Part shown: one piece after another, positions 25,667 through 41,050 of the stretch
Layout: each line of letters starts with the position of its first letter
Position numbering within the stretch: position 1 is the stretch's first letter
Assembly (NCBI GenBank): GCA_951406725.2
Contig: OX597835.1
Span: 22,320,001-22,384,000, forward strand
Source of the DNA: Octopus vulgaris
Taxonomy: Eukaryota
DNA: 64,000 bases
Direction of reading: 5' to 3'
Program-made: the position numbers and the translations under genes
The notes under the pieces: model-generated
Told to the model about the DNA's origin: nothing
The model's input: only the letters and a program-made list of their open reading frames with translations
Database searches by the model: none

Positions 25667-27112
25667 TTAATAATTAAAACAATAATGCAATGATAACGGT
25701 TATTTTTCTGACAGCTATAGAGACGAAGCAAGACTGTGACATGAATTCGTGATGTATCTGTGGAGAGACCCACGTTTGTGTATGTTCCGTAATCTAAAGC
25801 GACGCACATGCTTGCGGAAATGCTTGTTGAGGTAGCATTTACTCGCGGAAATAACATTCCTGCATTTTTCTTTTATTCCACTTATGAAGGATTTTATGCA
25901 GGTTTTAAAACAGCTGCTGTATGAAAGTAATTGTTAAGTGGGCAATTCACATCGTTGTATCTGATTTCCAGGGTGTTGTTCTGTTATCTTTCAGAAATCT
26001 AACCAAAATTTCCTGCTTTGGAGGAAGAGGGGAAGGCTTCCCAAAATTCTCCCTTCCTCAAAATCACTGCGAAGATATGTAAAACATTCCAAACATTTAT
26101 CAATTTAGAAGCTCCACATCCACAAACACATTCCTGCCCCCCATTTATGTGGGGGGGGGGGCTGGGTGTGCACGACACGCTTCTTTCAGTTTTCGTCTAC
26201 CATATCCACTTACAAGGCTTTGGTCAACCTGAGGCTATAGCAGAAGACACTTGCCCAAGGTGCCACGCAGTGGGACTGAACCACGAACCATGTGGTTGGG
26301 AAGCAAGCTTCTAACCTATATATATAGATGCCTATATATATAGATATTTTTCGTCAATTGACTTAATGTTTTACATATTTTTACATATTTTTTTACATAT
26401 TTTTACATATTTTTCATATATAGCAAAAGTTGTTTGCGATGTTTATACGGTTTCTTGGCATTATGAAGGCGAATAGAATATGTGAATTTACCACAGAAAA
26501 TTTGACATTATTTCTGAATTCTGCACGCAAAAACATATAAGATACAGATATTCCTTTTCTTGAGACAAATTCTTTGTTGACCAGTGTTATTCTTGTCGTA
26601 GTTTACAAATCCAAACAATGAAAACCTTACTCAACTTTGAAGTTTTGGAGACAGACACACACATTTTCACACATACACAAACAAACAAACAAACACCCAC
26701 ACACATGCACATGCACCTACATATTAATGATGTACACAAATACATGACAGATATACATGGTACTGAAATACACATTAAGTAAACCCATGCAGACAAATAT
26801 ATTAATATAACAAATTTTAAGAAATAATAAAAACAAACAATCAATGAAGAGACAAAAGAAACAGTAAGATGATACATGTTGATTTTATTAGGTATTTCTG
26901 TTTATTTAGAAACCAACAATGAAGAGGTCATTTCACAGATGCTAAACTATAAATTTCACAGGTTACAACCTTAAAGTTCACATCGCTCCGCTGAACGCAG
27001 AAAATTTCTATCTCGCTATTGGCTTAAAAATATACAATTTTTCGATTTTTAAACCTCTGTAACTTTTTTCTCCAATTTTTTTTCTCCACAATATCATACC
27101 TTCATAGCAATT

Positions 27113-27525
27113 ACTCTTACTCTCTCTTTTACTCTTTTACTTGTTTCAGCCATTTGACTGCGGCCATGCTGGAGCACCGCCTTTAGTCGAGCAACTCGAC
27201 CCCGGAACTTATTCTATTGTAAGCCCAGTACTTATTCTATCGGTCTCTTTTGCCGAACCGCTAAGTGACGGGGACACAAACACACCAGCATCGGTTGTCA
27301 AGCAATGCTATGGGAACAAATACAGACACACAAACACACACACGCATACATATATATATACACATATATACGACGGGCTTCTTTCAGTTTCCGTCTACCA
27401 AATCCACTCACAAGGCTTTGGTCGGCCCGGGGCTATAGTAGAAGACACTTGCCCAAGGTGCCACGCAGTGGGACTGAACCCGGAACCATGTGGTTGGTAG
27501 ACAGGCTACTTACCACACAGCCACT
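27113..27525 (-). mobile_element. SINE type 2
   Basis: Reverse complement of family consensus. Confidence 0.9.
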
Positions 27526-27629
27526 CTGGAAAACTTTATTAGTATAGCCGATTTTCATATTTTTTTTACTGTCTTTTAAAAAACGCATATTTTGAAAATG
27601 AAAAAAAACTAGATCCGTAATAATAATAA

Positions 27630-27694
<65 letters not shown>

Positions 27695-28086
27695 GTGCTA
27701 CGTATACATCAATGCGTCTGTTTTTCTGACAAAATCTCAATCTGTCGATGTATATCAATATGTGAAAGTGGCGAGCATGGCAGAATCTTTATTTAGCATG
27801 CCGAGCAAAATATTTAACGACATTTTGTCCGTCATTGCGTTCTGAGTTCAAATTCCACCGAATGTCGAAATTGCCTTTCCCCCTTTCGAGGTCGATAAAA
27901 CAAGTACCTGTTAAACTCTGGCGGGGGTCGATGAAATCGATTTATCCACATCACCCCCCTCCACACGAAATTGCCGGCCTTGTGCCAAAATTTGACATCT
28001 ATATATTAATACGTGTACCTTATTTTATAATCACCCCTGACAACTTCCCCAACTCCCACCACTTCTGAACCATTCTTCCCCCCTCC

Positions 28087-28126
<40 letters not shown>

Positions 28127-28554
28127 TTATCTATCTTTCTCTATCTCTCCCCCCTCTGTATTTTTGTCTTTCTCTACCCCTTCTCTCACTGTCTATCTAT
28201 CTTTCTGCTTCTTTCCTCTTTCTCTCTCTCTCTCTCTCTCCTCTCTTTCTCTCTTTTCCACCTCTCCCTCTTTCTCCCTCTCTCTCTCCCTTTCTCTTCT
28301 CTCTCGCTCTTTCTCTGTCTTACCTCTTGTCTGAACATCATGCTTCATTCATGCTATACGCGCACACATTTCCATACCTACTCATCCACACAAACACTTA
28401 AGTGCCCATACGCACACACATACACAAATATACATCCGCGCGCACACACACACACTTTTACACACGTAAACACCACTTGTAAACTCACTAAAGTAATAGG
28501 GTCAAGTTGTATGCTATTTAGTTATTTAAAGACTGACCACTTTAGCTGACCATC

Positions 28555-29227
28555 TCACCACCACTACCACCACCATCACCATCACCACCACCACCATCAT
28601 CATCATCATCACCACCACTACCAACACCATCATCATTACCATCACCACCACCACCACCACCATCATCACTACCATCACCACCACCACCACCACCATCACC
28701 ACCACCACACACCACCACCACTACCACCACCACCACCATCACCACCACCACCATCACCCCCACCATCACTACCACCACCACAACCATCATCACCACCATC
28801 ATCACCACCATCACCACCACCACCACCTCTACCATCATCACCACCATCATCACCGCCACCACCACTACCATCATCACCACCATCATCACCGCCACCACCA
28901 CTACCAGCACCACCACCATCACCACCACCACCATCACCATCATCACCACTACCATCACCACTACCATCATCACCACCATCATCATCACCACCACCATCAC
29001 CACCACCATCACCACTATAATAAACATTAATATGAACAACAGCAAAACCGCAATGCCATCCCCCCTCCCAGTACTCCACCATTGTCATTTCTTGTACTTT
29101 TACCCCTACACTTTCATCACCGTCGCCGCCGCCCCCATTACCACTTACAACAGCAACACTATCACCACTGCCACCACCACCCCTTTTCCTGCTCCTACTC
29201 TAAAACTACCACCGCCGCCATCACCAT

Positions 29228-29266
<39 letters not shown>

Positions 29267-29365
29267 AAACAACAACAACAACAGCTGTACCACCACTGCC
29301 ACCTCCACCTTTCTCTTATCCCTACTTCTTCACCACCACCACCACCACCGCCGCCGCCGCCATCA
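28555..29365. repeat. (CAC/CAT)n and related trinucleotide arrays
   Basis: Directly visible. Confidence 0.93.
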
Positions 29366-29599
29366 CTGGTAGCAATCTGAACGACAGTGATACTACAGTA
29401 GCATCACCTCCTTTTTCTTTCTCCAGCAACACTCCACAACACGACCACCATCCCCACTAACCCTTTTCCTCGCACTAACCCTCCTCCACCACCACGTGGT
29501 CCCATCAAGAAGGAACACTAATTTAAAGTGAGATCACTTCCTTATTTTATGACTAGAATGGGGGCTGGTGTTGAAGAGATCAGTAAAAACCAAACAAGT

Positions 29600-29930
29600 G
29601 GCCATTGTTTGCGGCGGCCCCGGTTAAACCGACGGCAGTTTAGGATTGTTTTTACTTCTTAAAAGCAGAGGGTCCCACGTGTTGAGGCCTTCAACTGCTC
29701 AAGGCAGTGGAATTGCGCCAGTGATCGCGGCTCCACGTCCCCTCAATCAGCCGTATGGTCCTTGTTGATCGTGCCATTTCATCATGGGGCGTCCTCTCCG
29801 TCTCTTTCCGTCGGTTTTCCACTGAAGAGCTTCGTTGGCGAGTCTTTCACGTGGGAGTCGTATTGCGGGACCAAGCCAGCTCAAGGCAACGTTTGTACAC
29901 AAAGTTAGACAAAGACGCAGTTGGACATAG
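29600..29930 (-). mobile_element. RTE-clade LINE 3' fragment
   Basis: My translation LSWLGPAIRLPRERLANEALQWKTDGKRRRGRPMMKW matches the RTE C-terminal LRW.GH..R...W.P.GKR.RGRP..W pattern. Confidence 0.7.
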
Positions 29931-29941
29931 TTAGACTACTA

Positions 29942-30105
29942 TAGGTGCAAGCGTATCTGTGTTTTAAGAAGCTTGCTTCCCAACCACACGGTTTCGGTTT
30001 CAGTCTCACTACGTGGCACCTTGGACAAGTGTCTTCTACTAAAGCTGCGGGCTGACCAAAGCCTTGTGAGTGGATTTGGTAGACGGAAACTGAAATAAGT
30101 CCATC

Positions 30106-30172
<67 letters not shown>

Positions 30173-30424
30173 AGTAGTTGAATGAATTATCTTAAGGATA
30201 ATTCGATTAACCGATACCTGGGTAGCAAATTCACATCAGAGAAGACACGTTTGAAGTTACGTGCTTTCGTGTGGAAATTTGAATGTTTTTTTTAAAATAT
30301 AAATATATGAAAGAATGGAGTTGAACGACGAATTAACAAAATTACTTTATTTTCGACATATGTTTCGAAGGCTGCATATTCCTAATTGCGAAGTTAATTC
30401 GTCGTTCAACTCCATTCTTTCATA

Positions 30425-30471
<47 letters not shown>

Positions 30472-30608
30472 GAGGCTGTGTTTGTCCTCCACCCCCACCA
30501 TCACTTTACAACCAATGTTGATGTGTTTGCATCCCCGTAACTTAGCGGTTCGGCAAAAGTAACTGATAGAATAAGTAGCAGGCTTACAAACAATATGTCC
30601 TGGGTCAA
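29942..30608 (+). mobile_element. SINE type 2 with a fold-back insert (~30170-30433) in its (TA)n
   Basis: Head half 29942-30108, tail half ~30470-30608. Confidence 0.82.
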
Positions 30609-30695
30609 TGCGTAGAAGTAGCGGCTCGATCTGGTGAGGATCTTTGCTCCCCGAGCTACCCACCCTGTTGAGTAACGTTATTCTAATATGCCCAC

Positions 30696-30766
30696 GGGCA
30701 TATGGTGTAGTGGTTAAGAGCACGGGCTACTAACCCCAAGATTCCGGGTTCGATTCCAGGCAGTGA

Positions 30767-30831
<65 letters not shown>

Positions 30832-30960
30832 TCGAAAAATACCTTAGGAATGAGAACCCAGGTTCGAAATTTTCCTAAGACACCTGAGTACATCAGCCGA
30901 AACATTGTCTTATCAACAAACAAGATGAGGACAAATATCCGTCAAATGTAAATAATGTAT
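30696..30960 (+). mobile_element. tRNA-headed SINE-like element with internal (AAT)n and a hammerhead-like remnant in its tail
   Basis: A-box TGGTGTAGTGG 30703-30713, anticodon-like arm ggg-ctactaa-ccc, B-box GGTTCGATTCC 30747-30757; tail aagaca-c-CTGA...cagcc-GAAAC-at-tgtctt. Confidence 0.65.
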
Positions 30961-30964
30961 TTCT

Positions 30965-31410
30965 GTAGATGTTTCGTCCCCTGTCACTTGTGACATCAGA
31001 GCTAACCACGGACCACCCACCAATGTAGGTAAGAAAACTCCTGCACAACAGCCCAAGTTTTGTTGAAACAAATGTTGTTACATTAGTCCAGATGCACCAT
31101 TCGTCCTCTCTGTGGAACCAGATATAATTGGTTCACTCTCTTAACGACGTCCGACAACTTTCTGGCAACATTTCTCTCTTTCGCAGCCAGACACAAGACT
31201 TTCGAGCATCGAGTGAACCCTGGTTCCAACAAATCCTCTAACACCTATCTCTGGAGAAATACATATTACCTCCCTTGTTGAACTTCTTTTTTCACAAAGT
31301 TCAACCAACTCGCTGTATTTTCTGTCTTTCCTGAGAAGTGTCTTCGTGGGTATTAACGGGGCAGAATATCAGAAGCATATTTTTTCCGTTTTCTAAATCC
31401 ACTCTTTATT
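30965..31410 (-). mobile_element. Degenerate RLE-type (HERO/NeSL-like) LINE C-terminal fragment
   Basis: My translation RKDRKYSELVELC...EIGVRGFVG matches the RK..KY..L...C...EVG.RGF end of restriction-like endonuclease domains. Confidence 0.55.
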
Positions 31411-31415
31411 GAATA

Positions 31416-31812
31416 CTAGCAGTATCGCCCGGCGTTGCTCGGGTTTGTAAGGGAAATAACTATAAAGCATTTTTAGAGAGTTATAGCCAAAAAATAGCAA
31501 AAAAATGCATTAAAAATGGAAAAAAAATGATGGTAAATTTTTTCAAAAATCGTTGGCTCATCGTAGACATTTTTAGAGAGTTACTTCCCTTATATACTAG
31601 CGAAAAAATGCATTAAAATGGAAAAAAATAACGGTAAATTATTTTTAAAATCGTAGACTCATCGTAGACGCGCGCTAATACCCAGAAGGGCTCGATATGA
31701 ATCACGACTATAAGATACCCGGTTTTGGTTAAACTGCACCGCAAAATGTGGGAGTAGTTAGGAATCTAAATCGTAGGAGACAGACACACAACTTCACTTT
31801 TATATATAAAGA
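31416..31812 (-). mobile_element. Non-autonomous Helitron (397 bp)
   Basis: TC start, hairpin cccgagcaacgccggg, CTAG end, A|T insertion. Confidence 0.87.
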
Positions 31813-32254
31813 TTTTCTTTCTTTCATTACACACACATATATGAACATTATTATGATGGACGATCAAAAGACGGAATTTTGAAAATATAGGAATTAGTCT
31901 CTTACACTTGCTTATCTCCCTTCGCATTCACTCTTTCGCTGCAGAATAAAACAAACTTTTGCCATATCCAGTTTCCTTACGTCACTAACCACGCGTCCTG
32001 CTTGTTGCTTGTTTACAACGTAATACCTCGTGTTCTGTTCACAGCTTCATTTCTGTATTGTTTCTTTTGTTATCTGTATTGTTATTTTATTGTCTTTTTT
32101 GATATATTTGAAGCTATTTTTATTGCTTTTATCGTTTTTGCCGTTTTCAGATACATGACATACGAGTTTCCTTTTCTCTGCTCCTATGCGGTGTGTGTAT
32201 GTCTGCATACGTGTGTGTGTGTGTGTGTGTGTGAGAGTTTGTGTGTGTGTGTGT

Positions 32255-32299
<45 letters not shown>

Positions 32300-32714
32300 A
32301 ATATTTGCACGCTCACACAGACGCGTGAATGATAAAAGCTGAAAATTTTCTTGATTATTTTTCAAAATTTATTGAAATAAGTATGTAATGTATATGGAGT
32401 AATATTATCCATATAATAATTGTACGCCCCAGCTGAAATACCAGGTACCACTCCCAACACACACACACACACAATATACACACACATGTATGTATGTATG
32501 AATGTGTAAAAAGAACATGTATCATGATTCATATTATAATCACTTCCTTTGATTTGATTGTCAAACTCAGTCAGCTCTCGAGGGATTGGGTATTTCAAAA
32601 CCAAAAATCCTCGAAAGACGAAATCAAATACAGTAAGATTCTTTTTTTCTAGTACCGTCCTCTACCACTACTACAGATCCCTCCCTCCTTCCCTCTTTCC
32701 ACCCCCTCTCTCTA

Positions 32715-32787
<73 letters not shown>

Positions 32788-32859
32788 CTTGTGCTTTCAT
32801 CGTGTATAATATAATAAATATTTTGGCGTTTCCTAAGAGAAAGCGTATATCTAAAATGA

Positions 32860-33105
32860 TATTTTGTCTCTTTCAGATTTGCTGCAGACGACAGTAAGAG
32901 GAAAATGAATCAAAGTACTTTGAAGCAGACGACAGAGAACTAACAGGAGAAAACGGAAGACAGGAAAGTGATAAACAAAAAAAGGAAAACCGCCTTATTT
33001 AAATTATGGATGGGATTGTCTGTTGATTGATGTTTCGTCGCAAAACATACAGTATTAAAACAATAATAAAACCTTAGAAGTATACAGACAACAAAAAATT
33101 TTAAA
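32860..33105 (+). promoter_or_regulatory. Probable splice acceptor (AG 32875-32876) and 5' UTR part of the GPCR exon
   Basis: tattttgtctctttcag|atttg: pyrimidine tract plus CAG 229 nt upstream of the ATG, followed by non-repetitive sequence. Confidence 0.55.
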
Positions 33106-34245
33106 ATGGCGAATTCTTTAAATTCCTCTTATTTTTATGGAATGGACACAGTTTATAACTGGGGAAACCGAAGTTACTTTACCTTCTTTTCAGAATTTAA
33201 CCGTCCTTGGAATGGAATCGGAGTCATTGAAGCACTCATCTACATCGTTATCTTTTTGATATCTGTTGTCGCTAACATTCTAATTATTATACGTGTTTTA
33301 CGAGTAAGACAACTGAAGACTGTCACAAACTGTTTCATAGCAAACTTGGCAATGGCCGATTTGCTGTTCAGTTCCGGCTGCCCATTCATTGCAGTGGTTC
33401 GAATCACCGGCACATGGGTGCTGGGTGGCTTCTTTTGTCATATTATCATCTATCTAGAGTTTGTATGTATGTTTGCTGTCATTTGGACCATGACTGTGAT
33501 TAGCATCGAGCGTTTTTTCTGTATTGTAAAACCAAACTGCTGTCGTATATCTCTGACGATGGCTATTGTTATTGTCATTCTGATCTGGGTCATTGCATTC
33601 GCCGGTTTCTTGCCAATGGCCACATTTTTCAACATTTACGCATTTCCCTTCGGCAACGACACAATTCAAATATGTACGTTGGTGTGGCCGTCAAATACTA
33701 CAGTCCAAGTTTCCATAGTTTTCGTTTCCTGTCTGGTTTTGGTGGGTTTCATCGTACCATTGGCCTTAATGACCCACAACTATTACCGCGTCTTCCGAAC
33801 ATTCTGGATTTCCCGACAGACAATCATAAAGAAGGAATGTAGTTCTAGTCAACCAACTGTTAATATGGCCGTTCAACCAGCCGCCAGCACGTTGCGGTCT
33901 CATAGCAGCAAACTCGTTTCACATAATATGAAAGTACGAAGCCTCCGCAGTTTACGTGTCATCAGGATTCTTGTTCTGCTCGTTCTACTCTTTTTCCTGA
34001 TGTGGTTACCTATTTTCATCGCTTTCATAGTCATTCAGTATGATGGCGCTTACGAATATCACCAGATGCATTCTTGGATGTTAATCACGTCTTCCTACTT
34101 TGCTTTCGCAAATACTTGTGTCAACCCATTTGTCTACGTATTCATCAACGAAAGGTTCAGAATTACCATAAACTTCTGCAGAAAAACCTCCAAAGAACAG
34201 CCGAAAGCTGACGAAATTGCTTCTTTTTCAGCCTCAGGTACATGA
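33106..34245 (+). CDS. FFAR4-like: Class A (rhodopsin-family) GPCR, free fatty acid receptor 4 (GPR120)-like, 379 aa, intronless ORF
   Basis: Seven hydrophobic segments with class A motifs: TM1 VVANIL, TM2 NLAMADLL, ECL1 W plus TM3 Cys, SIERFFCIV (ERF for DRY), TM4 IW...LP, ECL2 ICTLVWP, TM5 FIVP...Y, TM6 FFLMWLP, TM7 NTCVNPFVY, helix 8 NERFR. NRSYFTFFSE, VRITGTWVLG..CH, ICTLVWP and FFLMWLP resemble FFAR4 as recalled. Start context aaaATGG. Confidence 0.93.
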   Translation: MANSLNSSYFYGMDTVYNWGNRSYFTFFSEFNRPWNGIGVIEALIYIVIFLISVVANILIIIRVLRVRQLKTVTNCFIANLAMADLLFSSGCPFIAVVRITGTWVLGGFFCHIIIYLEFVCMFAVIWTMTVISIERFFCIVKPNCCRISLTMAIVIVILIWVIAFAGFLPMATFFNIYAFPFGNDTIQICTLVWPSNTTVQVSIVFVSCLVLVGFIVPLALMTHNYYRVFRTFWISRQTIIKKECSSSQPTVNMAVQPAASTLRSHSSKLVSHNMKVRSLRSLRVIRILVLLVLLFFLMWLPIFIAFIVIQYDGAYEYHQMHSWMLITSSYFAFANTCVNPFVYVFINERFRITINFCRKTSKEQPKADEIASFSASGT

Positions 34246-34491
34246 TATGAAAAGGGAGAGAAAATATGAATAGTAAAATTAACAATTATAATGATTTCTT
34301 GCATAAAGCAAAAATGAGCACAAGCCCCATGACACGTTGGAAACTAAGGCCTAAGGCCGGGAAAAGGAGTTTAAAAGATTTAACCTTAACCTCTCCCCTT
34401 TTTTCCAACACAACTCCTTCATTTCATGTTTGTGTGTTGTTCTATATCAGACCATAACAATCGCCCATTGTTTCACCATCTTCATTATTTT

Positions 34492-34526
<35 letters not shown>

Positions 34527-34766
34527 ATACTAATACTACTACTATTACTACCACTACTTCTGCTGCTGCTGCTGTTGCTGCTGTTGTTATTGTTGTTGTT
34601 TTTATCGTTTTTTCCGGTTCATTACGTACTAAGCTCAAATCTCGCCGAGGTCAACCTTGCCTTTTATTCTTTCGGGGTCGATAGAATAAAGTACCATTCA
34701 AGAACTGGGGTCGACCAACTCCCTCTTCCTAGAACAGACACGTAACCAAAATTTGAAACGATTGTT

Positions 34767-35093
<327 letters not shown>

Positions 35094-35332
35094 AGGAGGC
35101 AAGCTGGCAGAATCGTTAGAACGCTGGACGAAATGCTTAACGGTATTTCGCCCGTCGCTACGTCGGTCTGAGTTCAAATTCCACCGAGGTCGACTTCGCC
35201 TTTCATCCTTTCGAGATCGATAAAATAAGTACCAGTTGAACACAGGTCGATGTAATCGACTGGCCCCCCACCCCAAAATTTCAGGTCTTGTAGGAAGGAT
35301 TGTTATTATTATTGTTGTTGTTGTTGTTGTTG

Positions 35333-35381
<49 letters not shown>

Positions 35382-35482
35382 TTAGTAGACCCTTCAGGCT
35401 TGATTTGTTTTGAGTCAATGACCGATTCTTGGAAAGAAATTGACACAGAAATATGAAAACATACATGCGTAAGCACCTGTAT

Positions 35483-35525
<43 letters not shown>

Positions 35526-35870
35526 CATGTGTGTATGAGTGCGTGTGTGTGTGTGTGTGTGTGTGTATATAAATGCGCATGTGTTTGTGTGTGTTTTACT
35601 TGTTTCAGTCATTGGACTGCAGCCATGCTGGGCCACCACCTTCAAGGGTTTACCCCCTCCCCCAAAATCGACCCCAGCACTTACTTTTTTTTTAATGTCT
35701 GGTACTTATTCTATAGGGCTCTTTGCCGAAACGCTAAGTGTGAGGACGTAAATAAACCAACAGCAGTTTCAAGCAGTGTATGTGTGTGTGCGTGTGGGGG
35801 AGCTGGTGGAAAACAAAAATACAAAGACACGCAGACACATATAAATACAGTTTCACATTCATATATATAG

Positions 35871-35922
<52 letters not shown>

Positions 35923-36070
35923 CTATGTATATCGACCCCCACAGTGCATATTTTTTTTAAGTGTAGTATTTATTTTATCGGTGTCTTTTGCCGAACTGTC
36001 AAGCCGTGGTGGGGACAAACATGCACACACATACACACATATAATGTGTGTGTGTGCCTGTGTGTGTATG

Positions 36071-36115
<45 letters not shown>

Positions 36116-36385
36116 CGGGCTTTTACACAGTTTCCAGCAACCAAATTTACTGAAAAGGCATTGGTCAGCCCAGAGCGCAAGTAAAAGTACCGCACAATGA
36201 GACTGAACCCGAAACCACATGGTTGCAAAACGAACTTCTTAAACAGACACCCATGCCTGCCTCTCTCTCTCTCCCTCTCTCCCTCTCTCACCCTCTCTGT
36301 CTTTCTCTCTATCTCTCTATCTTTCTCTCGCCATCTCTCTTTCCCTATGTTTGTGTGTATGCATGTATACATTTCAGTATACATT

Positions 36386-36431
<46 letters not shown>

Positions 36432-36469
36432 TGCGTATGTGTGTGTGCGTGTGTAGAGACGTATATATA

Positions 36470-36529
<60 letters not shown>

Positions 36530-36666
36530 GTATATATATATAGAGACATGTACATACGTACATGCATGCACAGAGATACGCATACACATATATATGATTA
36601 TATGTATATATATGTATATGTATATCTTTATCTGTGTGTGTTTATGTATGTGTGTGTGTGTGAGTT

Positions 36667-36703
<37 letters not shown>

Positions 36704-37984
36704 ATACGCTCATCTACGTGTAAAATATTTTGAATTGCACTTGTAGAACTGCTTGGAAGCGCATCCTTTCAACAAACATACAGAGGTTTAGTTTGATTAA
36801 CCGCCAACGAAGACCTGGATGATCGTGAAAGCATCACACCAACAGGATTCAATGATCAGCGATTGGAAAAAATTATTGATTAAAAAGAATTTCGTATATA
36901 ATGTTTCTATCATGTTCTTTTTACTAATGTTTTACAGCTGTCTTTGATTTCTAGTACATTGTAATTTCCAGTTTTTCTTTTCTTTTCTTTTTTCATATGA
37001 ACGATATTCTATTTCGGCCAATTGGTTGTTGGAAATTCCTCAGCAAATATCGATAGAAGTGTCTGCACGACTTCACTAACTCCAGCTTTTTGTTCAAAAT
37101 TGCTATAAGAGGATATCGTACTTTTCTGGGAGACTAAAATTACATCTTCTACAACCATTAACACTGGAAAACGTGTGTTTTATAACTATAAAACCAATTT
37201 GTTTTATACTTAATATTATCATCCTTTAGATTTCTATATATATTAAAAATAAATATAAATAATCAATGAATAAAATCAATAAAATCACAGCATCAACTAC
37301 TATTCAGTCTTTTAGGGGGTATTTAGACCAACGTTATCAAATGTGCTTTTCATTCTTTGAGCGAGCAGGGTTGAATTAAGAGAGGAGATATAGTTACTGT
37401 TTTTAGCTTATCAAGTAAGCTCTTAGAACTCATCATAGTCGACTTTGAAGGAAACAGAATAGTAAATTGGTATCTTTAACATTAATTTAAATAACCCCAG
37501 AATTAACATATACTTACATACATGTAGGCATACATATACACATGCACACATACATACATACATACATACACACACACACATACATACATACACATACATA
37601 CATACATACATACATACATACATACATACATACATACATACATACATACATACATACAAAGTCGGCACAGTCGTTAATACCCCGGGCAAAAAAGCTTAGC
37701 AACATTTCGTCCGTCTGAGTTCAAATACCGGCGAAGTTGACTTTACCTTTCATTCTTTCGTGGGGTCGATAAAGTAAGTACAAGTTGAACTTTGGGGTGG
37801 ATGTAATCGACTTACTCACTCGCCTAAAATTGCTGGCCTTGTACCAAAATTTGAAATCACTATTTAGGGCTTTCTGCATTAGAAATTATAGAAAGTAAAA
37901 AGGAAAAGTTTTGTTTTTGTTTTTCAGTGGACTGAATTGAGTTAAGTTTTTTCAGGCATATCTGTCCCCCATTACTTTTGGTAG

Positions 37985-38560
37985 CTACAGTTTCATGTTT
38001 TGTGCCTCTGCCAATAACATCAACGTCATTGAGCGGTCTTCATTTTCTATAAAGGTGCTGATGTCTCCAAAATACATGGTCTGATGTTCAGCAAGATAGC
38101 AATGGCCAGGAAAGCCTATCTTGCGTTGAGCAACAACAGTGGAGATGAGTGGAATGTGTCTGCAAATCTCATTGCTCTTGTATTCATATTGTGTCGTGAG
38201 CTCTGATGGAAAGCCAGGTGTATGTACTATAAAGAGGATATTCAAACGCTCTCTTCATTGCACAACTTTCAAATCCATAGAGAAGGATTTCACTACACAT
38301 GCCTTGAAATGACCAACGTTGTTGAATTTGGTATCCTTGATGTAAAACTTGTAACAGACATCCCAGGCTTGTCCCATGCGCGTGAGGAAGTCTTTCTTAG
38401 TGCCAGCGACATAGAACCGAATGTACGCGAGCCCAGCGGTACACAAGCATCAGGGAGACTTTTGTAACGATACCGATACAAAGGAAACAAGCCAATACGC
38501 CTTCTCGAAGCTTCCAGTTATTCCACTTAACGCAGAAAGGTGATCTTCGTCTGCCCAAGA
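37985..38560 (-). mobile_element. Degenerate RTE-group LINE RT/C-terminal fragment
   Basis: AYIRFYVAGTKKDFLTRMGQAWDVC resembles FKYLGS.I..T.KD...R.G.AW..C; IPLISTVVAQRKIGFPGHCY resembles LP.IS..I..RRL.FAGHC.R. Confidence 0.65.
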
Positions 38561-38699
38561 ACTACAGAATAATTACGTATTTTCGTTTAACCTCAAAGAT
38601 CTGCAATTCTTAGAAAAACATTTACTGATGGGCTGGATAATCCACTAAGGTAGAACACGTCATTTCAGTCAACTCCACCATTAAAGTCATACACGAATG

Positions 38700-41050
<2,351 letters not shown>

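Noticed and set aside
31906-31938. 33-nt minus-strand micro-exon (ttttattctgcag|...|gtaaga)
   Set aside because: Good splice signals, but stops in two of three phases and no linkable neighbouring exon; may be chance.
33450-33669. Short antisense ORFs within the GPCR
   Set aside because: Shadow frames of the real CDS.
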